DNA of 64,000 nucleotides from Escherichia coli (GTDB lineage Bacteria; Pseudomonadota; Gammaproteobacteria; Enterobacterales; Enterobacteriaceae): NCBI RefSeq assembly GCF_041248615.1, contig NZ_CP158426.1; one strand, 5' to 3'. Shown piece by piece: positions 55,032 to 64,000 of this stretch (position 1 is its first letter; each line of letters starts with the position of its first letter). The notes under the pieces were generated by a model. It saw only the letters and a program-made list of their open reading frames with translations, ran no database searches and was not told where the DNA came from. The position numbers and the translations under genes were made by a program.

Positions 55032-57446
55032 TCACCCCGCAAACTGCCTGAACAGCGCCTTACCCTTAACCAGCCGCGCGCCCAGCCAGCCGCCGAAAAG
55101 CGACAGCAGCAGCGCACCGCTGCACGGCAGCACAATCCACAATCGCCAGTCTGGCTCCCACGGGAAATCAAACACTTTCGCCTGCAACACTGCCAGCGCC
55201 GTTTCCGCACCCATTGCGGCCACCAGGCCAGAAACAAACCCGAGCATGGCGAACTCACACCACAACGTGGTGCGCAGCAGTTTTTTCCCCGCACCGAGTG
55301 TGCGCCACACCACCAGCTCCTGATGACGCTGACGCATTCCCACCTGCACCTGTGCCAGCAACAGCAACATACCGCAGGCGGTGACCAGCACCACCATCAC
55401 CTCCAGCGCCCGACTTACCTGCTCCAGCACCTGGCCGACCTGTTTTAAAATCGCGCCAATGTCTAACAGGCTAATGGTCGGGAACTGGCGGTTGAGTTGC
55501 GTCAACATGCCGTTGCCATTCTCCCAGCGGAAACTGGTAAGCCAGCTCTGCGGTTGCCCGTCTAATGCCCCTTCAGGGAAAATAAAATAGAAATTAGGCC
55601 GCAGACTTTCCCAGTCAACTTTGCGCAGGCTGGTCACTTTAGCGCGGAACTCCTGGGTATCGCCCATAAAAGTCACAGTATCGCCGAGGGCAACGTTTAA
55701 GCGTTTCGCCAGCCCCTCTTCCATTGACACTTCATCGGCTTTTGGCGGCCAGTTACCGGCGACAATCGGATTATGATCGGGCCGCGTATTTTGCCAGGTA
55801 AGATTGAGTTCGCGGTTAAGCGCCTCATCTTCATTGCCTTCTGTCGGCTTGTCGTTAATCGCCGTCAGTCGCGCCCGCACCACCGGATAAAATGATTCCG
55901 GGACTATCTGATGTTCCGCGAGGAACGTTTTTAGCGGCGTAACCTGTTCTGTGGCGATGTTGATTAAAAAGTAGTTCGGGCTTTCTGGCGGCAGTTGTTG
56001 TTGCCAACGGTCAAGCAAATCGCCACGCAACACCAACAGCAATGCCAGCAGCATAAAGGAGAGCGAAAATGCCGAAAGCTGGCTTAACGTTGACCACGGC
56101 TGACGTAACAGGCGGCTAACCGCCAGGCGCAGAGGTAGCGATTTCAGCGTCATGCGGCGAAGTACATTCAGCAGCATCCAGCCCAGCACACCGCACAGCA
56201 AAGCCAGTACTACCGCGCCCGCCAGCACCGCCCAGAGCAGCATACTGCCCCCCATTAATCCGGCGAGCAGCAGCACAACCACCACACTGACAATCGGCAG
56301 ATAAAACTTGAGCGGCCAGACGTTCGCGACCACATCATTACGTAATACGCGTAAAGGCTGCGTTGCCAGCAACAAGCGGTACGGTCGTAGCCCCACCAGC
56401 AGCGAGATGACCGTCATGGTGCCCAGCGCCCATAGCCACGGCCAGAGGCTGGCAGGCGGTAGTGCAGCAGGCAAAACGGGCTTGAGCAGCACCATCAACA
56501 CGTTTTCGAACAACAGGCCTATCGCCCCGCCGGTAACGGCTGAAAGCGTCAGCACCATCAACCACTGACCGACGATTAGCTTACGCAGTTGCGCTCGCCC
56601 TGCCCCCAGCGTTTTGAGGATCGCCACAAGATCGTAGCGACTGCGACAGTAATGATTCATCGCCACCGCCACCGCTGCCACTGCCAGCAGCAAGGTCAGA
56701 AGCGCCGAAAGCAGCAGGAACTGTTGCGAGCGTTCCATCGAGCGCCCCAGCGCGCCTTCGTCCTGTTCCAGACCGTACCAGCGTTGTTCGGGTTTAAGCT
56801 GAGGTAACAACCATTTCTCATAGCTGTCGAGCTGGTTCTCGTTGCCGCCGAATTTATAGCGCCAGGTGACCCGACTCCCCGGCTGCACGGCTCCGGTTTT
56901 ATCGACATCCGCCAGATTCATCATCAGACGCGGAGCCATCTGGAAGGGGTTAAAACCGGAATCCGGTTCCTGAATCACTTCTCCGGCAATCCGCAAGGTG
57001 GCATCGCCCACGTCAATGGTGTCGCCCGTTTTTAGGTTAAGCAGTGCCATCAGGCGTGGGGCCAGCAATACGCTGCCCGCCTGCGGTTTCAGGCCAGGGG
57101 GATTAGTTTGCAGATCGCCATACATCGGGTAGATATCATCCACCGCTTTGACGTTCGCCAGCTGCGGTGTGTCGCCTGCAAATGTCATGGTGGCGAAAGT
57201 CAGCTGCTTGCCGACTTTCAGGCCGCGCTTTTGCGCTTCCTCCAGCCACGCTTGCGGCACTTCGCGCGAACTGCGCAACGCCCGATCGCCCGCCATAAAC
57301 TCACGGCTTTGCTGGCTTAAGCCCTTCTCCATGCGATCGCTGATATTGCCCAGCGCCAGCACGCAGGCCACCGCCAGGCTTAGCGCCAGCCAGACAATTA
57401 ATAGCGACGGCGAGCGCCATTCGCGCCAGAACCAACGTGCAATCAT
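55032..57446 (-). CDS. ybbP: ABC transporter permease YbbP (FtsX-like, 804 aa)
   Basis: Large duplicated FtsX-type permease overlapping ybbA by 4 nt. Confidence 0.85.
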   Translation of the reverse strand: MIARWFWREWRSPSLLIVWLALSLAVACVLALGNISDRMEKGLSQQSREFMAGDRALRSSREVPQAWLEEAQKRGLKVGKQLTFATMTFAGDTPQLANVKAVDDIYPMYGDLQTNPPGLKPQAGSVLLAPRLMALLNLKTGDTIDVGDATLRIAGEVIQEPDSGFNPFQMAPRLMMNLADVDKTGAVQPGSRVTWRYKFGGNENQLDSYEKWLLPQLKPEQRWYGLEQDEGALGRSMERSQQFLLLSALLTLLLAVAAVAVAMNHYCRSRYDLVAILKTLGAGRAQLRKLIVGQWLMVLTLSAVTGGAIGLLFENVLMVLLKPVLPAALPPASLWPWLWALGTMTVISLLVGLRPYRLLLATQPLRVLRNDVVANVWPLKFYLPIVSVVVVLLLAGLMGGSMLLWAVLAGAVVLALLCGVLGWMLLNVLRRMTLKSLPLRLAVSRLLRQPWSTLSQLSAFSLSFMLLALLLVLRGDLLDRWQQQLPPESPNYFLINIATEQVTPLKTFLAEHQIVPESFYPVVRARLTAINDKPTEGNEDEALNRELNLTWQNTRPDHNPIVAGNWPPKADEVSMEEGLAKRLNVALGDTVTFMGDTQEFRAKVTSLRKVDWESLRPNFYFIFPEGALDGQPQSWLTSFRWENGNGMLTQLNRQFPTISLLDIGAILKQVGQVLEQVSRALEVMVVLVTACGMLLLLAQVQVGMRQRHQELVVWRTLGAGKKLLRTTLWCEFAMLGFVSGLVAAMGAETALAVLQAKVFDFPWEPDWRLWIVLPCSGALLLSLFGGWLGARLVKGKALFRQFAG

Positions 57447-58129
57447 GCTTCCTCCTGCAACTGCCCGTTCACCAGCCGTAAGCAGCGGTCGCAGCGTGCC
57501 GCCAGTTGCAGGTCGTGGGTCACCATAATCAACGTGGTGCCATGTTCACGGTTGAGGGAAAACAGCAGGTCGGCAATTTTATCGCCCGTCTGGCGGTCAA
57601 GGTTGCCGGTGGGTTCGTCGGCAAACAGCACATCAGGTCGACCGTTAAAGGCTCGTGCCAGCGCCACTCGTTGCTGTTCACCGCCGGAAAGCTGTGCCGG
57701 AAGATGATCCAGACGTTTACCCAGCCCTAACTGTTCGAGCAACGCTTTTGCCCCGTTACGACTTTCTGCGCTACTCTCACCACGCAGCAGCGCCGGAAGC
57801 TCGACGTTTTCCAGCGCGTTAAGGGTAGGAATTAACATAAATGACTGAAAAACAAAGCCGACGTGCTTCGCGCGCAACTTTGCCCGCGCTTCTTCGTCCA
57901 TATTATGTAGAGGTTGTCCCACCAGACTCACTTCGCCACTGCTGCCGTCATCCAGCCCGGCGAGGATCGCCAGCAAGGTTGACTTACCCGATCCCGACTC
58001 GCCCACCAGTGCGATGGTCTCGCCACGTTTGACAACCAGCTCAACTCCGGTGAGGATGGAGAGTTCATGCTCCCCCTGACCGACGGACTTCTTAAGATGA
58101 TGAACTTCAACAATGTTTTCCGCTGGCAT
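57443..58129 (-). CDS. ybbA: ABC transporter ATP-binding protein YbbA (228 aa)
   Basis: Walker A (GESGSGKST), ABC signature (LSGGEQQR), Walker B (LFADEPTGNLD). Confidence 0.9.
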   Translation of the reverse strand: MPAENIVEVHHLKKSVGQGEHELSILTGVELVVKRGETIALVGESGSGKSTLLAILAGLDDGSSGEVSLVGQPLHNMDEEARAKLRAKHVGFVFQSFMLIPTLNALENVELPALLRGESSAESRNGAKALLEQLGLGKRLDHLPAQLSGGEQQRVALARAFNGRPDVLFADEPTGNLDRQTGDKIADLLFSLNREHGTTLIMVTHDLQLAARCDRCLRLVNGQLQEEA

Positions 58130-58723
58130 TTGCCCTTCCTGTTCCTGGTCCTGTTAACCTTCCGTGCCGCCGCAGCGGACACGTTATTGATTCTGGGTGA
58201 TAGCCTGAGCGCCGGGTATCGAATGTCTGCCAGCGCGGCCTGGCCTGCCTTGTTGAATGATAAGTGGCAGAGTAAAACGTCGGTAGTCAATGCCAGCATC
58301 AGCGGCGACACCTCGCAACAAGGGCTGGCGCGCCTTCCGGCTCTGCTGAAACAGCATCAGCCGCGCTGGGTGCTGGTAGAACTGGGCGGCAATGACGGTT
58401 TGCGTGGTTTTCAGCCACAACAAACCGAGCAAACGCTGCGCCAGATTTTGCAGGATGTCAAAGCCGCCAACGCTGAACCATTGTTAATGCAAATACGTCT
58501 GCCTGCAAACTATGGTCGCCGTTATAATGAAGCCTTTAGCGCCATTTACCCCAAACTCGCCAAAGAGTTTGATGTTCCGCTGCTGCCCTTTTTTATGGAA
58601 GAGGTCTACCTCAAGCCACAATGGATGCAGGATGACGGTATTCATCCCAACCGCGACGCCCAGCCGTTTATTGCCGACTGGATGGCGAAGCAGTTGCAGC
58701 CTTTAGTAAATCATGACTCATAA
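58097..58723 (+). CDS. tesA: Multifunctional acyl-CoA thioesterase I / lysophospholipase L1 TesA (208 aa)
   Basis: SGNH hydrolase GDSLSAG motif. The 5' end overlaps the divergent ybbA start. Confidence 0.9.
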   Translation: MMNFNNVFRWHLPFLFLVLLTFRAAAADTLLILGDSLSAGYRMSASAAWPALLNDKWQSKTSVVNASISGDTSQQGLARLPALLKQHQPRWVLVELGGNDGLRGFQPQQTEQTLRQILQDVKAANAEPLLMQIRLPANYGRRYNEAFSAIYPKLAKEFDVPLLPFFMEEVYLKPQWMQDDGIHPNRDAQPFIADWMAKQLQPLVNHDS

Positions 58724-59522
58724 AGCAACGGAGATCCTGACAGGTAAAGTTATGCAAAAATCGGTCTTAATTACCGGATGTTCCAGTGGAATTGGCCTGG
58801 AAAGCGCGCTCGAATTAAAACGCCAGGGTTTTCATGTGCTGGCAGGTTGCCGGAAACCGGATGATGTTGAGCGCATGAACAGCATGGGATTTACCGGCGT
58901 GTTGATCGATCTGGATTCACCAGAAAGTGTTGATCGCGCAGCCGACGAAGTGATCGCCCTGACCGATAATTGTCTGTATGGGATCTTTAACAATGCCGGA
59001 TTCGGCATGTATGGCCCCCTTTCCACCATCAGCCGTGCGCAGATGGAACAGCAGTTTTCTGCCAACTTTTTCGGCGCACACCAGCTCACCATGCGCCTGT
59101 TACCCGCGATGTTACCGCACGGTGAAGGGCGTATTGTGATGACCTCATCGGTGATGGGATTAATCTCCACGCCGGGTCGCGGCGCTTACGCAGCCAGTAA
59201 ATATGCGCTGGAGGCGTGGTCGGATGCGCTGCGCATGGAGCTACGCCACAGCGGAATTAAAGTCAGCCTGATCGAACCCGGTCCCATTCGTACTCGCTTC
59301 ACCGACAACGTCAACCAGACGCAAAGTGATAAACCTGTCGAAAATCCCGGCATCGCCGCCCGCTTTACGTTGGGGCCGGAAGCGGTGGTCGACAAAGTGC
59401 GCCATGCTTTTATTAGCGAGAAACCGAAGATGCGCTATCCGGTAACGCTGGTGACCTGGGCAGTAATGGTGCTTAAGCGCCTGCTGCCGGGGCGCGTGAT
59501 GGACAAAATATTGCAGGGGTGA
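58713..59522 (+). CDS. ybbO: Short-chain dehydrogenase/reductase YbbO (269 aa)
   Basis: TGCSSGIG cofactor motif and YxxxK catalytic motif. Confidence 0.85.
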   Translation: MTHKATEILTGKVMQKSVLITGCSSGIGLESALELKRQGFHVLAGCRKPDDVERMNSMGFTGVLIDLDSPESVDRAADEVIALTDNCLYGIFNNAGFGMYGPLSTISRAQMEQQFSANFFGAHQLTMRLLPAMLPHGEGRIVMTSSVMGLISTPGRGAYAASKYALEAWSDALRMELRHSGIKVSLIEPGPIRTRFTDNVNQTQSDKPVENPGIAARFTLGPEAVVDKVRHAFISEKPKMRYPVTLVTWAVMVLKRLLPGRVMDKILQG

Positions 59523-59540
59523 GTTGAAGCGCGCGCTTAA

Positions 59541-60437
<897 letters not shown>

Positions 60438-60499
60438 GTTTCCGTTGATCGGCACATGAACCACAACGCCGGATGCGATGCTGCGCATCCGGCATTGCA

Positions 60500-61279
60500 T
60501 CATTTCTTCTTCAATTGCGTCACCACCAACTGGTGGCGCGAATTGTAAAACTTACGATAGGTTAAATAGCAGGCAATAATGGTCGACAGGCTGGCGGTTG
60601 AGAGCAGCATAAAGGTCACCATAATCTGATATTTAATCGCCTTCACCGGATCAATCCCGGCAAATATCAGCCCGGACATCATTCCTGGTAAACTCACTAA
60701 GCCAACCGTTTTTGCTGAATCGACCGTCGGAATTAAAGCCGCGCGAATACTGTCGCGAATCAATATCGCTGAAGCCTGTTTCGGCGTCGCGCCAAGACTC
60801 AGTTTCTCCTGAATCTGTTGCTGTTCGCTAATAACCCGTTGCCCTAAATTGTTGTAACACAACCCCACCGCTACCATGGCGTTACCGGCTATCATCCCGG
60901 CGATAGGGATCACCTGCATCGGGATAAATTCAATCGACCCAGAGAGGATCAGTACCGCCAGGGTAATTCCCGCTCCGACCGTAATGGCAATAAACGATGA
61001 GATAAAAGCTTTAGCAATATATTTACTGCGTTTTTGCGCGTTCCACGCCGCATTAAAGCAGATAAATAACACCATCAATAATGTCAGGCTGGCATCATCC
61101 ACGCTGAAAATATACTTCAGCACATAGCCGACAATAATCAGCTGAATTATCGCGCGCCCGACGCTCCAGAGAATATCTTTCTCCAGCGCCAGTTTTTCTT
61201 TATGGCTAATTAAGATTGCCACCACCACCAGCATTAATGCCAGTGCCAATGATTCGTTAGTAATATTATGCGAGTTCAT
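60500..61279 (-). CDS. fetB: Iron export ABC permease FetB (YbbM, 259 aa)
   Basis: Polytopic membrane protein downstream of fetA. Confidence 0.8.
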   Translation of the reverse strand: MNSHNITNESLALALMLVVVAILISHKEKLALEKDILWSVGRAIIQLIIVGYVLKYIFSVDDASLTLLMVLFICFNAAWNAQKRSKYIAKAFISSFIAITVGAGITLAVLILSGSIEFIPMQVIPIAGMIAGNAMVAVGLCYNNLGQRVISEQQQIQEKLSLGATPKQASAILIRDSIRAALIPTVDSAKTVGLVSLPGMMSGLIFAGIDPVKAIKYQIMVTFMLLSTASLSTIIACYLTYRKFYNSRHQLVVTQLKKK

Positions 61280-61943
61280 AGCGTGCTTCCTGCATTTCTC
61301 CGGCATGCGGTTGCAGTGTAATCACCTTATCCGCATGATTAATTTCGTCTTTATCGTGTGTCACCCACAGCACGGCAATATTTTGCTCGCGCACATAACG
61401 ATGGATCATCTCATTAACGTTATGTTTATTACTTTCATCCAGCGCACTGGTGATTTCATCCAGCAATAAAACCTTCGGCATAAATTGCAGGTTACGAATC
61501 AATGAGATGCGTTGTTTTTCACCACCAGATAGCTCGGCGATATTCTTCGTCAAAATGCTGTCCGGCAAAGCGAAGCGTTCAAGAAAATCGATAAAAATGG
61601 CCGGGTCAGGCTGCTGGTTACGGATCTGCCAGGGAAAGATCAGATTATCGTATACCGTATCGCCAAACAGCGTCGGTGTCTGGGCGCAGTAAGACACTTG
61701 CTGGCGGTAGATTTCTGGCTTTAGTGTGCTGACATCCTCCCCTTCAAACAGTAACGTTCCGCTGGTTGGGCTGATCAATGAAGCAACTATTTTTAGCAGC
61801 GTACTTTTGCCACAACCAGAAGGACCGGTAATTAACTTAAATTCGCCAGCACGCAGCGAAAAATTGATGTTATTAAGAATCTTCGTATCACCCGCCAGAT
61901 ATCCTACGTTTTGTAGCTGAAGCAAAGGACTATTTTCCTGCAT
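61266..61943 (-). CDS. fetA: Iron export ABC ATP-binding protein FetA (YbbL, 225 aa)
   Basis: Walker A (GPSGCGKST) and ABC signature (LSGGEKQR). Confidence 0.85.
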   Translation of the reverse strand: MQENSPLLQLQNVGYLAGDTKILNNINFSLRAGEFKLITGPSGCGKSTLLKIVASLISPTSGTLLFEGEDVSTLKPEIYRQQVSYCAQTPTLFGDTVYDNLIFPWQIRNQQPDPAIFIDFLERFALPDSILTKNIAELSGGEKQRISLIRNLQFMPKVLLLDEITSALDESNKHNVNEMIHRYVREQNIAVLWVTHDKDEINHADKVITLQPHAGEMQEARYELA

Positions 61944-62088
61944 CGCTGTTCCCTTTTTCTGATTTTTACTAAAAACAGTTTATCCTTCGCAGGAATAAGG
62001 GGGAACTCTCTTTCAGTAATCAGGTATAATTTGTTTAATCAAGCAGCAATTTTGCTGATTATGGACGGTACAACAGGAGGTTTTTCCG

Positions 62089-63006
62089 ATGCTTATCTTT
62101 ATCCCGATTCTCATTTTTGTCGCGCTGGTCATTGTCGGCGCGGGCGTCAAAATCGTGCCGCAGGGCTATCAATGGACGGTAGAACGTTTTGGTCGCTATA
62201 CCAAAACGTTACAGCCGGGGCTCAGTCTGGTGGTGCCGTTTATGGATCGCATTGGTCGCAAGATCAATATGATGGAGCAAGTGCTCGATATCCCTTCCCA
62301 GGAAGTTATCTCGAAAGATAACGCCAACGTTACCATCGACGCCGTGTGCTTTATTCAGGTGATTGACGCGCCGCGCGCGGCTTATGAAGTCAGCAATCTG
62401 GAGCTGGCGATCATCAACCTGACCATGACTAACATCCGTACCGTGCTGGGTTCAATGGAACTTGACGAAATGCTCTCTCAGCGCGACAGCATCAACTCAC
62501 GCCTGCTGCGTATTGTCGATGAGGCCACCAACCCGTGGGGGATTAAAGTCACCCGTATTGAAATTCGCGACGTGCGCCCACCAGCAGAGCTTATCTCTTC
62601 AATGAACGCGCAGATGAAAGCGGAACGTACCAAACGCGCTTACATCCTTGAAGCGGAAGGGATCCGTCAGGCGGAAATCCTCAAAGCCGAAGGTGAAAAA
62701 CAGTCGCAAATCCTGAAAGCGGAAGGCGAACGTCAGTCGGCGTTTTTACAGGCTGAAGCGCGTGAACGTTCCGCTGAAGCAGAAGCCCGCGCCACCAAAA
62801 TGGTGTCTGAAGCCATTGCCTCCGGCGATATTCAGGCGGTGAACTACTTCGTAGCGCAGAAATACACCGAAGCGTTACAGCAGATCGGTTCGTCCAGTAA
62901 CAGCAAAGTAGTGATGATGCCATTAGAGGCCAGCAGCCTGATGGGGTCGATTGCCGGGATTGCCGAGCTGGTGAAAGACAGCGCCAACAAGCGGACTCAG
63001 CCATGA
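62089..63006 (+). CDS. qmcA: SPFH/band-7 (stomatin-like) membrane protein QmcA (YbbK, 305 aa)
   Basis: N-terminal TM segment and prohibitin-homology domain. Confidence 0.85.
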   Translation: MLIFIPILIFVALVIVGAGVKIVPQGYQWTVERFGRYTKTLQPGLSLVVPFMDRIGRKINMMEQVLDIPSQEVISKDNANVTIDAVCFIQVIDAPRAAYEVSNLELAIINLTMTNIRTVLGSMELDEMLSQRDSINSRLLRIVDEATNPWGIKVTRIEIRDVRPPAELISSMNAQMKAERTKRAYILEAEGIRQAEILKAEGEKQSQILKAEGERQSAFLQAEARERSAEAEARATKMVSEAIASGDIQAVNYFVAQKYTEALQQIGSSSNSKVVMMPLEASSLMGSIAGIAELVKDSANKRTQP

Positions 63007-63461
63007 TGGAGTTAATGGTCGTTCATCCACATATTTTCTGGCTCAGTCTCGGCGGGTTGCTGCTGGCAGCCGAGATGTTGGGCGGCAATGGTTATCTGTT
63101 GTGGAGCGGCGTGGCAGCGGTGATTACCGGCCTGGTGGTCTGGCTGTTGCCGCTGGGTTGGGAGTGGCAAGGGGTGATGTTTGCCGTCCTGACGCTGCTC
63201 GCCGCCTGGCTGTGGTGGAAATGGTTGTCGCGGCGGGTGCGCGAACAAAAGCACAGCGACAGTCATTTAAACCAGCGCGGGCAGCAGCTTATTGGCCGAC
63301 GTTTTGTGCTGGAATCTCCGCTGGTCAACGGGCGAGGTCATATGCGCGTCGGTGACAGTTCATGGCCTGTCAGCGCCAGCGAGGATCTCAGTGCAGGTAC
63401 GCATGTTGAGGTGATTGCGATAGAAGGGATAACGCTGATTATCCGTGCGGTCATCGCCTGA
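63003..63461 (+). CDS. ybbJ: NfeD-like membrane protein YbbJ (152 aa)
   Basis: Overlaps the qmcA stop by 4 nt; TM segments and C-terminal beta-domain. Confidence 0.8.
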   Translation: MMELMVVHPHIFWLSLGGLLLAAEMLGGNGYLLWSGVAAVITGLVVWLLPLGWEWQGVMFAVLTLLAAWLWWKWLSRRVREQKHSDSHLNQRGQQLIGRRFVLESPLVNGRGHMRVGDSSWPVSASEDLSAGTHVEVIAIEGITLIIRAVIA

Positions 63462-63484
63462 TGCGACGCTGATGCGTCTTTTCA

Positions 63485-63527
63485 TGCCTACAAAATATGC
63501 CCGAATTGTAGGCCGGATAAGGCGTTT
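63485..63527. repeat. REP palindromic unit, interrupted by an IS insertion
   Basis: GTAGGCCGGATAAGGCG immediately precedes the IS end. Confidence 0.6.
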
Positions 63528-64000
63528 TGAACTGCACCCCAAATGTTGGACATAATCTGACATCTGAAGGTGCAGTTTATGAAACATTCATTTGAAGTAA
63601 AACTTGCCGCTGTAAATCATTACCTGGCTGGTCATGCAGGCATCATTTCTACGGCAAAACTCTTTCAACTTTCTCACACCAGCCTCTCACACTGGATTAA
63701 TCTTTTTCTTCTTCACGGTCCTCGGGCACTGGATTGCAGACACAAGCGTAGCTATTCTCCTGAAGATAAACTTTGCGTGGTTCTTTATGCTCTCGGGCAT
63801 TCTGAGTCTCTACCCCGGGTAGCTGCCCGGTTTAACATTCCCAGCCACAACACGGTTAAAAACTGGATAAAAGGCTACCGCAAATCTGGTAATGAGGCCT
63901 TTATCAGGCGCAGGAAGGAGAAAAGCATGACCCGTTCTGATGATACCCATGAAAACGAGGCAAACATGACGCCGGAAGAGATGAAGAATGAGCTGCGTTA
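63528..64000 (+). mobile_element. Left end of an IS3-family, IS150-group insertion sequence (partial; continues beyond the window)
   Basis: Terminus TGAACTGCACCCCAAATGTTGGAC resembles the IS150 left end (TGTACTGCACCCATTTTGTTGGAC) as I recall it. Confidence 0.7.
63579..64000 (+). CDS. IS3-family transposase OrfA (partial, runs off the window end)
   Basis: My translation: MKHSFEVKLAAVNHYLAGHAGIISTAKLF...NTVKNWIKGYRKSGNEAF..., helix-turn-helix OrfA-like. Absent from the ORF track because there is no in-window stop. Confidence 0.7.
   Translation, partial: MKHSFEVKLAAVNHYLAGHAGIISTAKLFQLSHTSLSHWINLFLLHGPRALDCRHKRSYSPEDKLCVVLYALGHSESLPRVAARFNIPSHNTVKNWIKGYRKSGNEAFIRRRKEKSMTRSDDTHENEANMTPEEMKNELR

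Overview
Enterobacterial (Escherichia coli-like) chromosomal window in two parts. Bases 1-12540 are an accessory Rhs polymorphic-toxin element: the 3' end of a main rhs gene with its C-terminal toxin and immunity gene, a ~1.85 kb near-identical duplicated core fragment carrying a second toxin/immunity pair, a third orphan toxin tip whose immunity gene is clipped by a complete IS2 (5-bp target duplication AGCAT), a PAAR-motif fragment, small AT-rich ORFs, an Rhs core remnant and an H-repeat (ISAs1-type) transposase. Bases 12700-63500 are conserved core genes in the order I recall for K-12, reversed: nfrB-nfrA-ybcH, envY, tRNA-Arg(UCU) argU with no prophage at its 3' end, fimZ, the sfm fimbrial operon, folD, ybcJ, ybcI, cysS, ppiB, lpxH, purEK, the allantoin/glyoxylate cluster (ybcF through allS), selU, the ybbP-ybbA transporter, tesA, ybbO, ybbN, fetBA, qmcA and ybbJ, ending in the left end of an IS150-like element. 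The most interesting items are a candidate type I toxin-antitoxin module in the selU-ybbP intergenic region (a 27-aa DinQ/TisB-like peptide with a 16-bp direct repeat upstream), a 13-bp tandem duplication that frameshifts the carbamate-kinase-like gene ybcF, and the modular Rhs orphan array. Gene names rest on recognising the translated proteins from memory; no database search was run.
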